From NCBI GenBank assembly GCA_963804995.1, contig CAWDSK010000002.1:416001-480000 (forward strand): a DNA stretch of 64,000 nt. Direction: 5' to 3'. Positions 10,918-21,810 of the stretch are shown piece after piece. How positions within the stretch are numbered: position 1 is the stretch's first letter; the number at the start of each line of letters is the position of its first letter. Both the position numbers and the translations under genes were made by a program. The DNA is from an uncultured Acidobacteriota bacterium (GTDB lineage: Bacteria; Acidobacteriota; Terriglobia; UBA7540). The notes below the pieces were generated by a model. The model was given only the letters and a program-made list of their open reading frames with translations, searched no databases and had not been told where the DNA came from.

Positions 10918-12978
10918 TTAGTACCTCACGGTCATGGAATCGACTGCTTGTTCGGCGCCTTTCCGGCCTATGGCGCGCAGTTGGTTGTCGCCGGATCGAA
11001 ACTCCACCTCCCACGCCGTGGCTGGGCTTTTGATCCCGAGACTCTTGCCGTTCAGGAACAACTCGACACGATCGCAATTGCTGTACAACTTGATGCTTTT
11101 CTTCTCACCGGGCGCTCCGTGGCGTTCCGTCCAGGTGTGCGACACGATGTAGACCATGGGCTTGCGCGTCCACTGGCTGGCATAAAAATAGAACACGTCT
11201 TTGGGCCGACGGTAGTAGTCATACATCCCCTTCTGATTGAGGTGAGGTTGCGTTACAAAAATCCGCTCCTGAACGGCCGCGTCGAACGCCACCCAGATCG
11301 AGCTTCCGGCGAGGAAGGGCCGCTCGTTGATCTGCTTCAGGTACGACTCATGGAACTGCAAGCCCCATTCCTCGGAGAAGTCGTAGCGCTGCGGATGTTC
11401 AGTATGCAACCCCAGTTCGATACCAGCGCCGTATTCGCTGATCATCAGCGGTTTGTTCGGGTGTCTGCGGTGCAGGTTGTCAACTATTTCGCCAAAGTCT
11501 TCGAACTTGCCGGAGTACCAGCCCTGGTAGATGTTGCATCCCACCACGTCGACCAGATCCATCAGGCCCACCTGGTCAGCGCGGTCGAAGAGGTTGATTG
11601 CCACAGCGGTGGGGCGCGTCGCGTCTTCGGCTTTTACCACGGCGGCCAGTTCCTTGGTCATGCTGGCCACGGCTCTCCATTCCGTGATGGTGGCGCCGTT
11701 CATGTTCTCATTACCCAGGCTCCACAAAATGATGGAGGGGTGGTTCCGGTCGCGCTGGATCATCTCCCGCGCCATTTGCTTGATTGTCTCGGCATAGTCG
11801 GTGGCGCCCTCGTACGGAGCCAATTGCCGGCCCTCGCCGTCCAAGGGAACTTCTTCCCAGACCATTAAACCCAACCGATCGCAGGCCTCCAGTACGGACG
11901 GATCCTGAGGGTAGACCGAGAGCCGCACAAAGTTGGCTCCCATTTGCTTGATCAGTTCCATGTCCTTGATATGGAGTGCGGCCGGTACGGCCCACCCCAT
12001 TCCTGGGTAGTCCTGTTCACGGTTGGTTCCCCGCAGCTTCAGCGCCTGTCCGTTAAGGAATAAGCCCTTGTCAGGATCAAAACGGTACCAACGCAAGCCG
12101 AGCGGGGCCGCCTCGTCATCCAGAAGGGCGCCGTTTTCACGCAAGCTGAACGAGGCATGGTACAGGTTCGGATCGTCTGGTGACCAGAGTCGCGGATGGG
12201 GGATCTTGCATTGTTGTCGCACCACGGTGCTCGCGCCCGGCTTGAGTTGGGCGGCGGACGATAGCGCTGGCAGCTTCGTTCCATCGGGGGCGAGCACATC
12301 GGCCGCGACCTCGAGGGTTCTCTCCCGGTCGCTACCATTGTGAATCTCGACCTCAAATTCGACGGCTGCTTCCGAATCCGAGACTTGGGGCGTGGTCACT
12401 CGCGTGGAGACAATGTGCGATGGATCGGTCGCGATGAGCCAGGCTTCGCGATACAGGCCTCCCGTCATGTTGAAGTCGCCGTTCTGGGGACCGACGTCCC
12501 GGCGCCAGCGATTGTCCACCTGGACGGCGACGAAGTTTGCGCCGCCCGGCCGAACCACGCTCGTGATGTCGAACTGGAAAGGTGTGAAGGCGCCTTTGTG
12601 TGCGCCCATGAGTACGTTGTTGACCCAAACGGTCGCCACTTGGCAGGCCGCATCAAACCGAAGCAAGATGCGCTTGCCGGCCCACGCCGTAGGCACGGCG
12701 AAATTCTTGCGGTACCAGCCAATCCCGCGGTAGTAGCCCTTCTCGTCGGAGAAAGTATCTGTGGTATTCCAGGTGTGGGGCAAGCGAACGACGGTCATGC
12801 CGCCGCCATCCTCATAGTCAGAGCTTTCGAGGCCAGCGGCATTGACCAAACTGAACTGCCAGCCCTCGGAGAAATTCACCTTCTCGCGCCCCGCGGCCTG
12901 CAGGGTTGGAACGAAGCACAAGAACGCCAACCCTGCCGCCACCTTTGATAACTGCGTCATGAAGTTTCTACCGTTCAT
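10918..12978 (-). CDS. Secreted glycoside hydrolase family 2 (beta-galactosidase/glucuronidase-like)
   Basis: LPHTWN, GIGWYRK, GGLYR, RDRNHPSIILWSLGNE (acid/base) and ISEYGA (nucleophile); signal peptide. Confidence 0.92.
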   Translation of the reverse strand: MNGRNFMTQLSKVAAGLAFLCFVPTLQAAGREKVNFSEGWQFSLVNAAGLESSDYEDGGGMTVVRLPHTWNTTDTFSDEKGYYRGIGWYRKNFAVPTAWAGKRILLRFDAACQVATVWVNNVLMGAHKGAFTPFQFDITSVVRPGGANFVAVQVDNRWRRDVGPQNGDFNMTGGLYREAWLIATDPSHIVSTRVTTPQVSDSEAAVEFEVEIHNGSDRERTLEVAADVLAPDGTKLPALSSAAQLKPGASTVVRQQCKIPHPRLWSPDDPNLYHASFSLRENGALLDDEAAPLGLRWYRFDPDKGLFLNGQALKLRGTNREQDYPGMGWAVPAALHIKDMELIKQMGANFVRLSVYPQDPSVLEACDRLGLMVWEEVPLDGEGRQLAPYEGATDYAETIKQMAREMIQRDRNHPSIILWSLGNENMNGATITEWRAVASMTKELAAVVKAEDATRPTAVAINLFDRADQVGLMDLVDVVGCNIYQGWYSGKFEDFGEIVDNLHRRHPNKPLMISEYGAGIELGLHTEHPQRYDFSEEWGLQFHESYLKQINERPFLAGSSIWVAFDAAVQERIFVTQPHLNQKGMYDYYRRPKDVFYFYASQWTRKPMVYIVSHTWTERHGAPGEKKSIKLYSNCDRVELFLNGKSLGIKSPATAWEVEFRSGDNQLRAIGRKGAEQAVDSMTVRY

Positions 12979-13246
12979 GATCCACTCCCTTCTGGTTTCA
13001 TGACCTTCAACGCAAAACTCTTGCAGCCTTTCGACCGGTACATTTGTGGAGACGGATTCTACGAGTCCCGAAGTTGCCGGATGACTTCTGCATCGAGTTC
13101 AATCCGGAATTCATTTCTTGCGGTTCGGGCGCCGCAGAGTATACACCCGGTTTTCTCCGACCCAGCCCTTTCGTGGCACTTTCACTACGACATGCGAGAC
13201 CGCGCCGCAGAGGACAAATTCGGGGGGCGAAAACCGCGTGCAGTTA

Positions 13247-13372
13247 GGGAATTTAGTGGGACCTCGCTCGCTACGCCCCGCGGAGAGCAACTTGTGGGAC
13301 AAGTCCCACCATGACAAAATGTCATGTGTCTGCAGAGACAGAGTCGCAGAGCACGTGTTGCCGAGCCCGACC
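13247..13372 (+). repeat. Dispersed GTCCCAC-type repeat, partial copy, inverted relative to the others
   Basis: gggaatttagtgggacctcgctcgctacgccccgcggagagcaac matches the reverse complement of about 62945-63070. Confidence 0.85.
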
Positions 13373-13790
13373 TCCACGCCCCGCGTTCGAGCCGGACGTA
13401 CGGCAAGCGTAGCGCCCGATGCACCGGGGCGGTTCTTGCTGCGACATTTGAGTGAACCTATCGTGGCGAAGACGCTGCCCAGATTCGAAACTTGTGGGTT
13501 TTGCCAATGAAGAACCGCGGACCCCAACAACGGGGGACCGCGCTACGCTTGCTTCACCCAGGAGCACCCACGTCTCGCAAGTGGCGCCACCAACCGCCAC
13601 CAATTGCCCAATCCGCGGATCTCATGCTATATTTGTCTCAGGGAAATAACATTTAAATCAGGCTTGTGGGGCTATTGGCAGGTGCTCGTAGGTGCGTAGT
13701 CCAGCTCCTGGGATATCTGACTGATCGCGATGGATCTGGTTCTGCTTTTCTGACCTGGCCGACTCAACCTGACACAGCGTGGAGAAAACC

Positions 13791-16365
13791 ATGAGGATTT
13801 CGCACTTTCGTTCGAGCCGCCCGATGGTGGTCAATCGTCTCGTCCGCGTGGCCGGCATAAAATCTTGCCTGCTGGTGGTTCTAGTTCTATCCGCGCTCCC
13901 GTGGGCAGTGGCGCAAGATGTCCTGACCTATCACAATGACAATGGCCGCACCGGCCAAGACCTGAATGAAACGATCTTAAACCCCACCAACGTCAACGTG
14001 AACACCTTTGGGAAACTTTTCATCCTTGCGGCGGACGGCAAGGTGGACGCCGAGCCGCTTTACGTCTCGAACCTCACGGTAAATGGCGCGCAGCACAACG
14101 TTGTCTACGTCGTGACTGAGAACGATAGCGTTTACGCCTACGACGCGGACACGGGCGCGCTGCTTTGGCAGGTCTCCGTGCTGGGGTCGGGCGAGACTCC
14201 TTCTGACAATCGCGGCTGCGGCCAGGTCACGCCGACCATCGGCGTCACCTCGACGCCCGTCATCGATCGTTTGAGCGGGCCGAATGGCACCATTTATTTG
14301 GTCGCCATGACCAAGGATTCCTCCAACAACTATCATCAACGCATCCACGCCCTGGACCTTTCGACCAGCGCGGAACAGGTCACCTTCAACTCGCCCAGGG
14401 AAATCACCGCGACTTATCCCGGCACGGGTTCAGAAGGGAACGGCACAACCCTCACCTTTAACCCAGCGCAGCACAAGGAACGCGCCGGCCTTCTCCTGCT
14501 GAACAACGTAGTTTACCTGGGCTGGTCTTCCCATTGCGATATCAGTCCCTACAATGCCTGGATCATGGGCTACGCCGAAGGCACCTTGGTCCAGACGCAA
14601 TTGCTGAACATCACTCCCAATGGCAGTGAGGGCTCCGTCTGGCAGAGCGGCGCGGGAATGGCCGCCGATTTGAGCGGCAACATTTACTTCCTCACCGCCA
14701 ATGGGACCGCGGATACCACGCTCAACGCGAGCGGCTTTCCGATCAATGGCGATTACGGAAATGCTTTCATGAAACTTTCCACCAGCCCCTCGCTCGCGGT
14801 GGCGGATTATTTCAACGAGTACAATACCGTGTCGGAATCGAACGCTGACGAAGATCTGGGCTCAGGGGGAGCGCTGGTTGTGCCCGACTTTATCGTGGGC
14901 AACACGACGTATCAGCTCGCCGTAGGGGCGGGCAAGGACCGCAACATTTACGTCGTCAATCGGAATAACATGGGAAAGTTTAATTCCACCTCCAACAATA
15001 TCTATCAACAGCTCACGACCCCCTTGGCCGGCGGTGAGTTTGGCATGGCGACCTACTTCAACAACGCGATCTACTACGGGTCGGTGGGCGATAACCTGAA
15101 GATGTTTCCCATTTCCAATTCCACCGCCCTGCTACAGACCACCCCTTCTTCGAAGACCAGCATCACCTTCACGTCTCCCGGCACCACACCCAGCATGTCC
15201 GCGAACGGCACTGCGAATGCCATCGTGTGGGCCACGGAGAACACCAACCCGGCAGTCTTGCACGCTTACGAGGCCTCGAATCTTGCCACCGAATACTACA
15301 ACAGCAATCAAGCCCCCAACGGCCGCGACCAATTCGGGACCGGCAATAAGTTCATTACTCCTATGATTGCGAACGGCAAAGTCTACGTGGGCACGACCAC
15401 CGGCGTGGGGGTCTTTGGGTTAATATCGACAACTACGGCTCAGTTGTCACCCACCGGCCTCACCTTCGGCCCCCAGTTGGTGGGGACGTTCGAGCGCTTC
15501 GCAGCCCCTCACCCTGACGAACGAAACGGCCAATGCCCTCGCCAACCTCAGCGTTGCCGCCAGTGGCGACTTCAGCCAGACCAACAACTGCGGAACGGGC
15601 CTCGCCGGCAATGGGACCTGCACCATCAATGTGACCTTTACTCCTACGGCCTCGGGGACCCGCAACGGCTCGCTGACCGTCACTGACAGTGCGACCAACA
15701 GTCCCCAGACCGCTACCCTGACGGGGACAGGCACCGGCCCCGCCGTAACCCTCTCAACCAATAGCCTGACGTTTCCGGCGGAAATTGTGAAAACCACCGG
15801 TTCCGCGCTTTCCGTAACCGTGAAGAATACGGGAACGGCCTCGCTCAGCTTTTCCAGTTTCACCACCACCGGTGACTTTGCCGTGAGTACGGGCTCGACC
15901 CCTTGCAGTACGACCACCAGTCTGGGAGCGACATTGAGTTGCTATATCTATGTGACGTTCACTCCTACGGCGAGCGGCACGCGCAGCGGAACCCTGTCTA
16001 TCGCCGACAATGCCAGTGGCAGCCCGCAGTCGGTAACGCTTTCCGGCACGGGCATGGACTTCTCCGTCACCGCCTCACCCACCTCGCGACAGATTGCAGC
16101 CACGGCCTCCACAACCTTCACCCTGACTGTGGCGCCCTTGAGCGGATTTACGGGAACCGTGGGAGTCAGTTGCTCCAGCCCCAATGCCACCGTGACTTGC
16201 ACCTTCTCGCCAACCTCGGTGATTCTGGGCTCAAGCAAGACGTCCACTGCCACTGTCAAGACGGGAGTCGGAGGACATACGCCGAGAGGTACTTACAAAC
16301 TGACCATGACGGGTGCAGATGGCGCGTTGAGTCACAGCACCACGGTTTCGCTGAAGGTGAAGTAA
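13791..16365 (+). CDS. Secreted PQQ-like beta-propeller protein with C-terminal Ig-like (choice-of-anchor D/ASH) domains; +1 frameshift near 15490
   Basis: DVLTYHNDNGRTG, DLGSGG and TPMIANGKVYVGT. Removing one T gives GTSSASQPLTLTN, which runs into VTFTPTASGTR repeats. Confidence 0.8.
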
Positions 16366-16430
16366 GAGGCTAAGGGCGCGTTGCTATCGCGGATTTTCCA
16401 CCGCGGATTCGGAAGGGCGCGGCGGAACCT

Positions 16431-16474
16431 CAAAAGCAAGTCAAAAGGCAAATTGCAAAAGGCAAAAGTCAAAA
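16431..16474. repeat. Degenerate heptamer tandem repeat (caaaagg-like)
   Basis: caaaagcaagtcaaaaggcaaattgcaaaaggcaaaagtcaaaa. Confidence 0.6.
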
Positions 16475-16609
16475 TTAAAGGCCTGACCTTCGCAAATCCT
16501 CTCTAAAAAACAAGGATTTGGAGCGGCGTAGCGCAGAGTCTCGTGCTTTCCGAGACTCTGCGGCTTTAGCTAATTTGACTTCTCAGGTAGGAATCAATAC
16601 GATGTGAGT

Positions 16610-16843
16610 ATGAAAACAACCGTATCGGAAAAGGGACAAATTACCATTCCGAAGCCCCTACGGGTCCGCTTGGGAATCCACGTCGGCCAGGTCCTGGAGG
16701 TCAAGGAGGAGCGCGGCCGCCTGGTCATGTCCAAGCAGGCAAGGCCCCACGACGCGATCGACAAGCTGTACGGAATCCTGAAGCTGGGCCGTTCCACGGA
16801 TGAAATTATGGAAGAACTTCGCGGTAGTGAGAAGCCCAGATGA
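16610..16843 (+). CDS. vapB: AbrB/MazE/SpoVT-family antitoxin
   Basis: MKTTVSEKGQITIPKPLRVRLGI; ATGA overlap with the PIN gene. Confidence 0.88.
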   Translation: MKTTVSEKGQITIPKPLRVRLGIHVGQVLEVKEERGRLVMSKQARPHDAIDKLYGILKLGRSTDEIMEELRGSEKPR

Positions 16844-17253
16844 TCACCGCCGTGGATAGCAATGTCCTGTTGGATGTCTTGGGCCCCGATCCCACTTTTG
16901 GACCGCCTTCCGCCCACGCCCTGCGCACCGTCCTTCGTGAAGGCCAGTTGCTGGCTTGCGAGGTCGTGTGGGCGGAGGTTGCTGGTGCGTTCGCCTCTGC
17001 CGCGGCGGCCGAAAAAGCCCTGACACTCCTGGGCCTGGAGTTCAGCGCTCTGACCCTGGAAGCGGCTCTGGAAGCAGGCCTCGCCTGGAAAGCCTTTCGG
17101 AAGCAGGGCGGACAGCGAACCCGTGTGGCCGCTGATTTCCTGATCGGCGCCCACGCCCTGTGCCAGGCCGATCGCCTGCTGACCCGCGACCGCAGTTTCT
17201 ATCGATCCTGCTTCAAGCGCCTGAAGATTGTGGATCCCACTTCAGTTCGGTAA
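16840..17253 (+). CDS. vapC: PIN-domain toxin
   Basis: AVDSNVLLD, VVWAE, ADFLIGAHA and LLTRD. Confidence 0.9.
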   Translation: MITAVDSNVLLDVLGPDPTFGPPSAHALRTVLREGQLLACEVVWAEVAGAFASAAAAEKALTLLGLEFSALTLEAALEAGLAWKAFRKQGGQRTRVAADFLIGAHALCQADRLLTRDRSFYRSCFKRLKIVDPTSVR

Positions 17254-17336
17254 CCCTCGAAATCGAGGCACGTGATGGCCTTTCAAGGGAACAAGTCTAT
17301 TTTCGGAACGTTTCGTCCATCTTGACCAGGGACCCG

Positions 17337-17404
17337 TTGTAGCGCGGGTGTCCCCACCCGCGTCTTCGCAAGAACCATCGCGGGTGGGGACACCCGCGCT
17401 ACAA
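17337..17404. repeat. REP doublet (REPIN): two inverted GTAG-type palindromes
   Basis: ttgtagcgcgggtgtccccacccgcg...cgcgggtggggacacccgcgctacaa. Confidence 0.85.
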
Positions 17405-17457
17405 AAGCAGAGATGAACTCGCTCTAATGCGCGAGCCTGCTGCCCGCCTATCGCTTA

Positions 17458-17497
17458 TCCCAACTCTGTCGGGACTCGCACCAAGCGCTCGCTGCCT
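17458..17497 (+). repeat. 40-bp direct repeat, copy 2, followed by tgccttc-type heptamers
   Basis: tcccaactctgtcgggactcgcaccaagcgctcgctgcct. Confidence 0.85.
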
Positions 17498-17581
17498 ACC
17501 GCCTTCTGCCTTCTGCCTACGGCCCTCCGCCCCCCGGACATTTCGCCCGCCACAAAATCCTCCCAACAGGCAGATGTACCC

Positions 17582-17609
17582 TCAAGTGATGGTCCGTTAA
17601 TGCCGAAGA
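17582..17609 (+). promoter_or_regulatory. Possible sigma28 (FliA)-like promoter, TCAAG-N15-GCCGAAGA
   Basis: Resembles the TCAAG...GCCGATA consensus and lies upstream of the hybrid kinase. Confidence 0.35.
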
Positions 17610-17678
17610 TAAAGATGGGGTTATGTCCCTAGGTCGCTACCCCTCCGTCCACTTTAGCTTTGAAGTGGTGAGGGGCAA

Positions 17679-20135
17679 GTGCCACACAGGAGATTTGCGC
17701 GCATGTTCTTGTTCCGTCGGTTCTCGATCCTGCGCAAGATGCAGCTCATCACCATCGTGGTGGTTGCGGCCGCCCTGATCCTCTCTTGCGCGGCCTTTGT
17801 CAGCTACGACCTGGTGATGTTCCGCAGCTCATTACGGCGGGATTTGGAGACGCTCGCGGAAATCGTGGACTCCAACAGTACGGCCGCTTTGGGCTTTGGT
17901 GACCAGAACGCCGCCGCGGAGCTCCTTTCGACGCTTCGCGCTAAACCGCACATCACCACTGCCCTCCTCTATTCCACCGACGGGAAACTGTTCGCCGGAT
18001 ACTACCGCACCGGCACGCCCCGGGTTTCGAGCGCACCCAAGCTGTCGGCCGAAGGGGCCCGGTTCGAAGCGGACCGCCTGGTCCTCTATCGTCAAATCCG
18101 GCTCGATGACCAGCCCATCGGGGCGCTGTACCTGGAGTCTGATATTGACGAAATGCATGAGCGGCTAGCGGACTTTGCCTGGACCATTGCCCTCGTCCTG
18201 GTGTCAGCCCTGCTTGCCGCGCTGGTGTTGGCGCACAAATTGCAAGGCGCCATCACCACTCCCCTGCTTGATCTCGCGGGGGCAGCTCAGCGCGTTTCGT
18301 CCCAGCGTGATTACGCCATTCGAGCTGTGCGGCAAAACGACGATGAACTGGGCGACCTGGTGGACAATTTCAACGAGATGCTGGCGCAGATCGAGCAACA
18401 GGACGCGGAGCTTAAGCAGCGCCGTGCTCACCTGGAGGAACAAGTCGCCGCGCGCACCACGGAATTGGTGGTGGCGCGCGACCGGGCCCAGGCCGCCAGC
18501 CGCGCCAAGAGCGAGTTCCTGGCCAACATGAGTCACGAAATCCGGACTCCCATGAACGGCGTGATCGGGATGACGGAACTTGCCCTCAACACGCCCTTAA
18601 CCACCGAACAACGCGAGTATCTTGAAACCGCGCAGTCTTCGGCAGGGTCCATGATGACGGTGATCAACGACATCCTGGATTTCTCCAAGATCGAGGCGCA
18701 GAAACTCGCCCTGGAGAACATCGATTTCGATCTTCGCGACTGCGTGGGCGAAGCCACCAAAACCCTGGCGGCGGGCGCCCATCAAAAGGGATTGGAGCTG
18801 GCTAGCGACATTGCCCCAGAAGTGCCGGAGAGGGTTTCCGGCGACCCCTTCCGATTGCGGCAGGTGCTTTTGAATCTGATTGGCAATGCCGTCAAGTTTA
18901 CCCAACAGGGTGAAGTGACGGTGCGGGTCGAATCGGAAGCCGCGACTGGTAATGAAGTGACCCTCCACTTTCAAGTCATCGATACCGGGATTGGAATCCC
19001 CAGGGAGAAACAGGCCTTGATCTTTGAGGCCTTTGCCCAGGCGGATGGCTCCTCCACACGGCATTACGGTGGAACCGGGCTGGGGCTTTCCATTTCGGAA
19101 AAGCTCGTGGGATTGATGGGGGGGCGGATTTGGGTGGAAAGCGAGCCGGACCAAGGCAGCAAATTCCACTTTACCACACGCTTGGGGCAGGTCATCGGGG
19201 AGGGTAGCGAAATCTCCCATTTCCCGGGCCTCAACGAGCTGCGGGATTTGCGGGTGTTGGTGGTCGATGATAATCAGACCAACCGGCGCATTTTTAAGGG
19301 AATCCTCGACAATTGGGGCATGCATCCTACGCTTGCCAGCAGCGGGCCGGAGGCGCTCCGCATCCTCGACGCGGAATCGCCCTTCTCCCTGATTCTGCTC
19401 GACTATCAGATGCCGGACATGGATGGCATCGCCGTGGCTCAGCAGATCAGAAGAAATCCTCGATTCGCCACCGCCACGATTTTGATGCTCAGCTCCGGGG
19501 GCGGCCCCGAAGAGGCAGTGCGGGCTCGCAAGTCCGGGATCTCGATCTGTATCTTCAAACCCTTCAAACAATCTGAACTTCTCGCTGCTGTCCTTGAGGC
19601 GTTGGGTAAGACCTCGCCCCCGGAGGATCTCGCGAGAGCCCCCGCCCACCCCGAGCCGCGCGAAGCGCTCCCGCCTCTGCGTATTCTCCTGGCTGAGGAT
19701 AATGCCGTGAACCGTGCCGTGGCGACCCGGCTGATCGAAAAGCGGGGACACACGGTGGTGCCAGTTGAAAATGGCCGCGACGCCGTGGCGGCCGTTGAAC
19801 ACCAGAGATTCGATTTGGCGTTGATCGACGTGCAGATGCCGGTGATGGACGGCCTTCAGGCGGTTGGCCTCATGCGCCGGATTGAGGAAGAAACACGACG
19901 AAACCACCTTCCTACCATCGCCCTCACCGCTTACGCCATGAGCGGAGACCGCGAACGCTGTCTCGAGGCCGGCATGGATGGCTATCTTGCCAAACCCATT
20001 AACGCCGATGAGCTTTTCACTGTCATCGAGACCGTACTACAAAAATATGGCCCGGCGGGTATACCCTTCCCGCCTCCCACCGCGGGAGAATCGCCCGCAG
20101 ACCTGCTTAATCTGAGCGACTTTGGCCCGGAATAA
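17679..20135 (+). CDS. Hybrid sensor histidine kinase (periplasmic CHASE8-like, HAMP, HisKA, HATPase, two receivers)
   Basis: Two TM segments, [43 protein letters not shown] and ILLAEDN. Confidence 0.95.
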   Translation: MPHRRFARMFLFRRFSILRKMQLITIVVVAAALILSCAAFVSYDLVMFRSSLRRDLETLAEIVDSNSTAALGFGDQNAAAELLSTLRAKPHITTALLYSTDGKLFAGYYRTGTPRVSSAPKLSAEGARFEADRLVLYRQIRLDDQPIGALYLESDIDEMHERLADFAWTIALVLVSALLAALVLAHKLQGAITTPLLDLAGAAQRVSSQRDYAIRAVRQNDDELGDLVDNFNEMLAQIEQQDAELKQRRAHLEEQVAARTTELVVARDRAQAASRAKSEFLANMSHEIRTPMNGVIGMTELALNTPLTTEQREYLETAQSSAGSMMTVINDILDFSKIEAQKLALENIDFDLRDCVGEATKTLAAGAHQKGLELASDIAPEVPERVSGDPFRLRQVLLNLIGNAVKFTQQGEVTVRVESEAATGNEVTLHFQVIDTGIGIPREKQALIFEAFAQADGSSTRHYGGTGLGLSISEKLVGLMGGRIWVESEPDQGSKFHFTTRLGQVIGEGSEISHFPGLNELRDLRVLVVDDNQTNRRIFKGILDNWGMHPTLASSGPEALRILDAESPFSLILLDYQMPDMDGIAVAQQIRRNPRFATATILMLSSGGGPEEAVRARKSGISICIFKPFKQSELLAAVLEALGKTSPPEDLARAPAHPEPREALPPLRILLAEDNAVNRAVATRLIEKRGHTVVPVENGRDAVAAVEHQRFDLALIDVQMPVMDGLQAVGLMRRIEEETRRNHLPTIALTAYAMSGDRERCLEAGMDGYLAKPINADELFTVIETVLQKYGPAGIPFPPPTAGESPADLLNLSDFGPE

Positions 20136-20136
20136 C

Positions 20137-20376
20137 GTAGTGACTCATTTTGGCGTGGCACGGCTGACCTGCCCCGATCCATCGGGGTCTTGGCCGTGAT
20201 TGGACACGGGCGGGAGAAGCTGTGAAAAAATCCCATCAAACCTTTCACCGCGGAGACGCGGAGGCGCAGAGGCTTGAAAACAAAGGGTCATTTCTCTGCG
20301 TCTCAGCGTCTCAGCGGTGAAAATGGTATTTTTTCACAGATTCGGACGCCCGTGCCACCTCAAAATGAGTCACTAC
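20137..20376. repeat. Four-layer nested inverted-repeat composite
   Basis: IR pairs gtagtgactcattttg/caaaatgagtcactac, gtggcacgg/ccgtgccac, ctgtgaaaaaatcccat/atggtattttttcacag and tcaccgcggagacgc/gcgtctcagcggtga. Confidence 0.85.
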
Positions 20377-20434
20377 CCGGGATAACGGTCGATCGGCTTT
20401 CGGCGTATTCCAGACACCATGTTTTGAGTTGCGC

Positions 20435-21418
20435 CTACTCGACCCGGATATTCCCCGAGACGGTGCTTACATCTAACGGAAGTCCGCCGTTGCCGACTTT
20501 CCCCTCCAGTTCATGGGGGCCGACGGTTCCCTGTACGGTCATCTCGCGCGCGGTGTGAATGCTGCCGGAGACCGTGTGAGCGTGGAGCGTGTATCCCTGT
20601 TGGCTGGGCAGGCGCACGGTGACATTGCCGGAAGCAGTGGAGAGCCGCCAGGAGCCTTCGCCCTCGCCCTCAACCAGGATGTTGCCGCTGGCGGTTGAGG
20701 CGTGTAAGGCCCCGTGGACACCCTCAAGTCGCAGCGAGCCGGAGCCCGTGCTGACGTCAACGTCCCCCGGCGCGGTTTCGAGGAGCGTGACGCTGCCGCT
20801 GCCGGTTGAGGCATGCAGGCCGCCTGCCACGCCGGTTGCATGGATTTCGCCGCTGCCGGTCGAGGCATGCACCCTTCCCTTCACGTCATCCAGGGAGATG
20901 CGCCCGGACCCGGCCGTGACTCTGACCGTATCCCCGATCTTGGAGAGCGTGATGCTGCCTGAACCCGAAGACACCTCCACCGGCCCGTGCAGGCCACTCA
21001 CATTCTGTTCGCCGGACCCGGTGTTCGAACGCAAGCGGGTCTCCACCGGAACTATGATGTCGTAGCTAATGGAGATGTTGCGCTGCAATTCCTCGTCTTC
21101 CATGTGGCCGATCTTGATCACGTTGCCGTGCTGCTCGATAGGCGGGTTGGCTTCGAGTCGGTGGATCCTCTGATCCGCGCCAGTGTTGTCGGACCAGCCG
21201 CCGCTAGCCCGGATGGCGCCGGTGACCCGCACGGTGGAGCTCTCACCCGCGCGTACGGTGATGCTTCCTGAACCCGTATCAACATTGAGGTCCACAGGCC
21301 CAGTGACCTGCAAAGTGCGGTCGAAGTGCCCTTCCGCGGCGCGTGCGGGCGCGGCGACACATAAAGAAATGGCAGCTAACATCAAAAACCCAAGGGGAAG
21401 AAGGCGGTGGGATTTCAT
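20435..21418 (-). CDS. DUF4097-family beta-strand repeat secreted protein
   Basis: Signal peptide and repeated hxAxTGSGxI motifs. Confidence 0.85.
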   Translation of the reverse strand: MKSHRLLPLGFLMLAAISLCVAAPARAAEGHFDRTLQVTGPVDLNVDTGSGSITVRAGESSTVRVTGAIRASGGWSDNTGADQRIHRLEANPPIEQHGNVIKIGHMEDEELQRNISISYDIIVPVETRLRSNTGSGEQNVSGLHGPVEVSSGSGSITLSKIGDTVRVTAGSGRISLDDVKGRVHASTGSGEIHATGVAGGLHASTGSGSVTLLETAPGDVDVSTGSGSLRLEGVHGALHASTASGNILVEGEGEGSWRLSTASGNVTVRLPSQQGYTLHAHTVSGSIHTAREMTVQGTVGPHELEGKVGNGGLPLDVSTVSGNIRVE

Positions 21419-21446
21419 ACAGGCTTTCTCCTTTCGACGTTGTTTC

Positions 21447-21556
21447 GGTAGTGTCTCAGTCTGATGCAGCGGCGGCGGCATTCATCCCGATCTGATCGGG
21501 ACGCCGCCATATGGCGAGGTAAACTCGCCGCTACATCATCAAACTGAGACACTTCC
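21447..21556. repeat. REPIN-like element, family copy 1 (others at 31927 and 45453)
   Basis: Outer IR ggtagtgtctcagt/actgagacacttcc; core ggcgaggtaaactcgccgctaca plus tcccgatctgatcggga. Confidence 0.85.
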
Positions 21557-21810
21557 GTCGTCTCGTAAGGGTATACGCAAACTATGGCCTGGAAGTTTAG
21601 ACGAAAGATGTTCTGCAGGGTGAGCAACGGCGGGTTGTCTGGTGGCGAGGCGTCAGGACGGGGGTTGTAGGGCCCCACCGTAGGAGGGCGCCGCAGCTCC
21701 CACTTCGTCATTGGTCCTTGACACGAAGCCTCCCCTGGAGGAAGCTGTGACCCTTTGTAGAGGGGAGAGCTCTGCCCTCACGCGGCAGCGCTTCCCAGAT
21801 GGGAGGATTG

